Assembly (NCBI RefSeq): GCF_009914755.1
Contig: NC_060930.1
Origin: the human T2T-CHM13v2.0 reference genome, Homo sapiens
DNA: 64,000 nucleotides
Strand: one strand, 5' to 3'
Numbering within the stretch: position 1 is the stretch's first letter; each line of letters opens with the position of its first letter. The notes beneath the pieces were generated by a model. That model was not told the DNA's origin, made no database searches, and was given only the letters and a program-made list of their open reading frames with translations. Positions 59,001 through 64,000 of this stretch are shown here, one piece after another. A program made the translations under genes and the position numbers.

Positions 59001-60259
59001 ACTTTGTGGGGAGCACACTGTGTGGGCAATGGTCACTTAACCATTAGTTAGTACCAAGTGGCTTACAGCTGGGGGCAAGGGGAAAAAACACTTGACACCC
59101 ACAGACCAAGAAATACACGAGCCGGCTCTGCAGGTTACTAGGGCCTCTCCAAACACCTGCCCAAGCCCTGCACTCCAGGGAGGGATCACCACTGGGAAAA
59201 GGAACTGAAAGACTGAAATGCTTTGTGAGTGGGACCCTGTCTTATCTCCAGCTTAGAACAGAGGTCAGAACAAAAGGGGGACATGGACACCATTTGGCCA
59301 GACCCTTCCTGTTACAGAGGACACCAGGACCAAGAGCTGTTATCACAAAGCTAATTTACTCACAGGAGACCAGGTATTGGATCCCAGTTCTCCCATCTCC
59401 CAGAACAGGGCTTTTCGAGATCTTCTCAAACGAACATGGAGCAGGTGCTCAATAAATGTTGGCTCAGCTACACTGGACTGCAATGCATGGTGGGTGGAGA
59501 GTGCAACCCTAAAATACTTTTTGTCTGATACCAGGAGGTCCCATCTTCCAGAAGATGTTTTGGGGGTTAGAGTAGCCTGTCCTCATAATCTACTCTGGCT
59601 CTTAAATGCCTAGGGTTAAGGACTGCCCTTCAACAGGTCCCTAAGCTAGACTGTTGCACCCATCTGCCATTATTTCCCAGCCGGGGGGAACAATTCTGGG
59701 AGACAGGGTGATATTGCACAAGTCACAGGGCAGGGAATGAAAAGCTGGGCTCCAGCCTCTGGTGAACAGTCTCAGCAGATGGCCTCAGGGAGTCCTCCTG
59801 CCCACACCCACCACCCCCATGCCTTCCTGCATCCACGTGTACCCTTTGAACACGATCTCTAAGAAGCTGCTGGTCCTGTGGGCCTCGGATCCTAAGAGCC
59901 TATACTCTCCCATCTGCTGGCCACCACAGAGCTCATTCTTCTGCCCCCACCTTCACCCTCAGCCTTCCCGCCTACTCTACCTGCCTAGAACATCTGTGGG
60001 CCCTCAGAACATGGAGCAGTGGGCTGGAGGGTTCTATGTACATTTCTACCTAATTTGAGTTTACCATGAGCTCTCGATGTGTCTTCTGGAATCCTCCCCA
60101 CAGAGTAAAGCTTTGCTCCCAAAATAAAATAAAACTTAAAATGTGATGAAGGCCTGTATGTGCCAGGTGCTTGGCCAGGGTCAGGCTGGGCTGTGTCTCA
60201 GGAACTGGGAGAAAGACATCCAGAGTTGGAATCCAAACAGCTGAAGCCCAGCTTCACCC

Positions 60260-60700
60260 CATCAGCCTCTATCTCCTTCCCATGACTGATTTTCTTCGCA
60301 GACCTCATCGACACCTGACATTGTAGTAGATGTGTACACGTATACTTATTATCTGTCTTGCTCATTGGAAGGAATGCTCCATGAGGGCAGGGGCTGGCTT
60401 TGTCTATCCTGGCAGCCAGGGCAGCACCTGGCACATGGCAGGGGTGTGATGCCTGCTAAATGAATGAAGAAATGAATGAGTGAATGAATAAGCAGTTGAT
60501 CCTGGATGTGCCTCAATCATGACCAAGTCACTTAACATCTTTAAGTTTCCTTATTTATAAAATGAGGATAATAATCATGTATTCTTTATGTGACTGGAGT
60601 GATCATTAAACAAGAAAATGATCATAAGAGCATTTAGGACGTACCTGGGACACAGCAAACCAACGATAAACGTTAGCTATTACTTGTTAGCCATTATTAT
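60260..60700 (+). mobile_element. L2 3' end (~60260-60490) followed by MIR (~60510-60700)
   Basis: GCTCCATGAGGGCAGGG...(GAAT)n; AAGTCACTTAACATCTTTAAGTTTCCTTATTTATAAAATGAGGATAATAA. Confidence 0.85.
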
Positions 60701-61114
60701 TATAGTCACTGATGGAAACAGAGAGAAATAAAGCCTCTTTATTATACCCTGGGCAGTTTTTAGGCTAACTAACTGAAATTCTGTGTGTGTAAGACCTATC
60801 CAGAAAGGATCATTAAGAGAGGCCTGAGCCATGGGCCTGCATAGATACTATGGGTCCCTCAGAGCATCAGTCTTAGCAGAAAATCTTTTCATGTCCCTGA
60901 AAGTGATAAGCTCATTTGCACAAAGGTTGCTTTATGGGTCTCTGATAGCCATCATCCCAGCAATTAAAGTCTTCAAATACCTAATTCCTGCCCTCAAGAG
61001 CTTACAGTCCAGCTGGGGGAAATGAGACATTAACATATGAAAGGTGACCTATAAATTCAAACTCAAGACAACATATGTCAAATGTCAAATGAGTACACTG
61101 GAGATGAAGTCCTG

Positions 61115-61164
61115 AGAAACGCTGGTAAGGCGAATGTTTAACAAGCAGCACACACACACATACA

Positions 61165-61200
<36 letters not shown>

Positions 61201-61345
61201 GCAGTTGTCAATTTCCATGGTATAAATACTCCCACTATGGCGTTTCAAGCTGCCGACGCGAGGGCCACTGGACATGGAGTTGGGAAGAGACATGCACAGT
61301 TAACTCCCACGAGCTGGTGCGAGCCAGCTTCCACACGCATCACCG
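61115..61345 (-). mobile_element. MER63A (hAT-Blackjack) with internal (CA)n at 61149-61200
   Basis: TAAATACTCCCAC...TTTCAAGCT...GGAGTTGGGAAGAGA...CGAGCCAGCT. Confidence 0.85.
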
Positions 61346-64000
61346 ATCTAGGTCCTATTGTCAATAATCTCTCAAACAGGTCAAGGGCTGTGGGCCAAGT
61401 GGTCAGTGCTAACAACCAGCATCTTTGTAGTACTTCAGGTTACAAAGCACATCAGAGGTCATTACTGTATTTCATCCTCACCACCTGGCCAGAAAGGCAT
61501 TCCTGCCTTCATTTTGCAGATAAATAAACTGGGTTTCAAAAAAGTACCACAAATTTTTCACTGTCATTCTGCAAGTGAGTGACATTGTCAGGGCTTGAAC
61601 CAGTATCTTCTGGGGCAGCCAAGGCCTCTCATCATCCCCTCTGCCCCTGAGAAGGAGGGCTTCTCAGAGAAGTGGTTGAAGGACGATGAGAAGTAAGTAA
61701 AGGTCAGAACAGAGATTCAGGAGAGGTACAGCACTTAAGCAGATGGTGAATTCCCTGCAGAGTGCAAAGGTCACGGGAGTGTGCAAGGCCTGGCAAAACC
61801 TGAAACTAATGCAACCATTTAGTTCAGTGTGCTTCACCAGAGAATTTCTTTCCTAAAACAGTGACCTAGCTATTAAAATCTGCATTCCCAAATCCGCTGC
61901 AGCATTAGGTGAATGAGCAAAAGAAATGGAAGGCAATTTAGATGACTAAATATAGGGGAGCTGGTTAAATAAGTTATAGAACTTCCGCATAATAGAATGC
62001 TGTGCCACCACAGAAAGTCAGGTTTTAAAAGAGCAGTGTACAACTAGGAAATCCTCACAATAGAGTTTTTAAAGCACATTACATAACAATATGTGCAATA
62101 TGATTCCAGTTCTGTAAAAATGAACAAGCAGGCAAACTCTCCAATGTATATATGCAGGAAAAAAAAAAAAAAAAAGACTGGGATGTAAACTTCCAAATCC
62201 TCACACTGGTTTCTTCCAGAAAGATGGATGTTTTTATTTTCTTCTCTATGATTTCCTATATGTTCCAACTTATTTCTGTTAACAGGTTGCTTTTATGACC
62301 ATAAAACAGTAAACGGACCAGATTTTTAAATCTGGATTTTCAAAGCCTGAGAAGACTACAAAGAATCAGTGAGGTAACGCCCAGGAAGACACCCCTCTAG
62401 GGTGAAGGTCCAGGTGCTCAGGCCTCTGATACTTTCCCCATATACTCCAAAGAGACAAGCCAGGTCACCCCCAAACTCCAACTCTCCCCCCACAACACAC
62501 TAACAACAGCACATCCCTCCATACCATCCCCGTGCCTCCTCCGTCAGCAGGCTATCCTGTCTACACCCTCCCCTGATCAACGCCCACCTTGGTGGGGGAC
62601 AAGGCTTGGAAGGCACAGCAGAGAAGCCAGGCACAGCCAGTAATTCATGAGCACCCTCCATGTGCTGTGCAGTAAGCCAGGGCTTCACATACGGGACTGC
62701 AGATGTACACATTCATTCTAATACCTAGTCATTGCTTCCAACACTTTCCAGAGAGGAGACTGAAGTTCAGAAATAATATCCAGGCTCACTCAGCCAGCGA
62801 GTGTCCAGGATTGGGAATAAAAACCAAGTCTAACCAGAAATGGTCTATAGATGCTTAAGAGGCTTGCCCAACAACTGCACTTGGCCATTAGGAAATGCAA
62901 AACAATAATAATATAGCAATACTAATGCAAAAAAATTTCAATTCAACTTTTCATTTATACTCAGGCTGAAAGTGAAATGTACCACCAGTCCTGATTTGAG
63001 AATATTAAAAAAAAACAGATATTTAATCATTTTAAAGGAAAGAAAAGGAAAGGAGGGGGAAACCTCAGCTCTGCGCTCAACCCTCATTCAGTGAAGTAAA
63101 AATAAAAACCCAACCTCCCCCCAACACATTGTGCTTTAATGAAAGCACCAAGCCAATCTTCTTCACTACCGCCCACCACAGCCCACTTCGTTTAAATTTA
63201 GGCACCCACCAGGCAAACTGTACCCAGCCACATTCTCTGAAATGAAGTCATAAAATTCTCATCTGTAACACCGGCACTTGTTCCCAGGAAAACAAGACAG
63301 GTGGGGTAGACAGGGCCGGCACCCTTCTGGGGAGTCCAGGCTGTGCCTCAGAAGAGCCCTTTGCAAAGAGTTGGTTCCGTGACCAGGCTCAGCCCACATG
63401 GGGCTGTGTGACCTTGTGACAGCCAACTTCCCCTCTACAAAGTCAGGGTGGACTAACTAACAGGAGCGCTAAGGCCCATCTAAATGTACAGCTCTATGGC
63501 TAAAGCCCAGATGCCCCACCCACCTCCCAACACCCAGAAAATGAACAGCAACCCAAGATGGGGGTAGAGCAGGGCTAAATTCATTGGTGTGACCTGGGGC
63601 TGCTGTCATTCTTAAGATCTGGCTCTTGCAGTATTCAGTTCTCAGGAAATGTCTGACAACAGGAGGGGGACAGAGGATTGAGCCCGCAGGAAGGCTTTGG
63701 CAATGAAGGCTCTGTGGCCACCCTTTGGTCCCATTCAGGCAAGATCGGAGAGATTTTGCCCACTCGGACTCAACAAACTCTGAGTCCCTGATGCCATACC
63801 TGGCTTTGTAAGTGTGACTGGGTCAGAGAAGAGACCGAAGAGAGAAGCTACTAGCTAATGAAAACTCTCCTCAGTTTTCTGGATGAAACTGAGGCTTGAG
63901 GGGCCTACAAGCTAGCTGGATTTTTCTTCCAACAACCTAGTCCATGGATTTTTTTCCAAGGTTCTCTTCCAGTGTTTCATGAGCGTATCTAAGCCCTTAC

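Overview
Primate (very likely human) genomic DNA with no supportable protein-coding exon. The ORF track is dominated by Alu, L2 and LTR read-through or chance ORFs. The window is largely interspersed repeats: about 25 Alu/FRAM/FLAM copies, many with intact target-site duplications (TSDs), plus MIR, L2, old L1M, MaLR and ERVL LTRs, and MER3/5/20/63/91/94 DNA transposons. The one convincing exon is a 112-nt minus-strand exon at 26249-26360. From memory its size and isolation fit a 5'UTR exon of TRERF1 (human 6p21); this is unverified. Most notable unexplained structures: (1) a perfect 57-bp palindrome at 49549-49605 beside a degenerate ~40-bp L2-derived tandem array; (2) an Alu whose middle is replaced by a ~115-bp mosaic of short segments copied from three sites up to 1.5 kb away and from itself (54434-54547), a repair or template-switch scar; (3) a CpG-retaining, ETS-motif-rich candidate internal promoter/first exon at ~58.5-59.0 kb, with several other minus-strand candidate small exons; (4) a triple nested Alu ending in (AAG)10. 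I see no evidence of a novel multi-gene system. Repeat boundaries and subfamilies are by eye and approximate.
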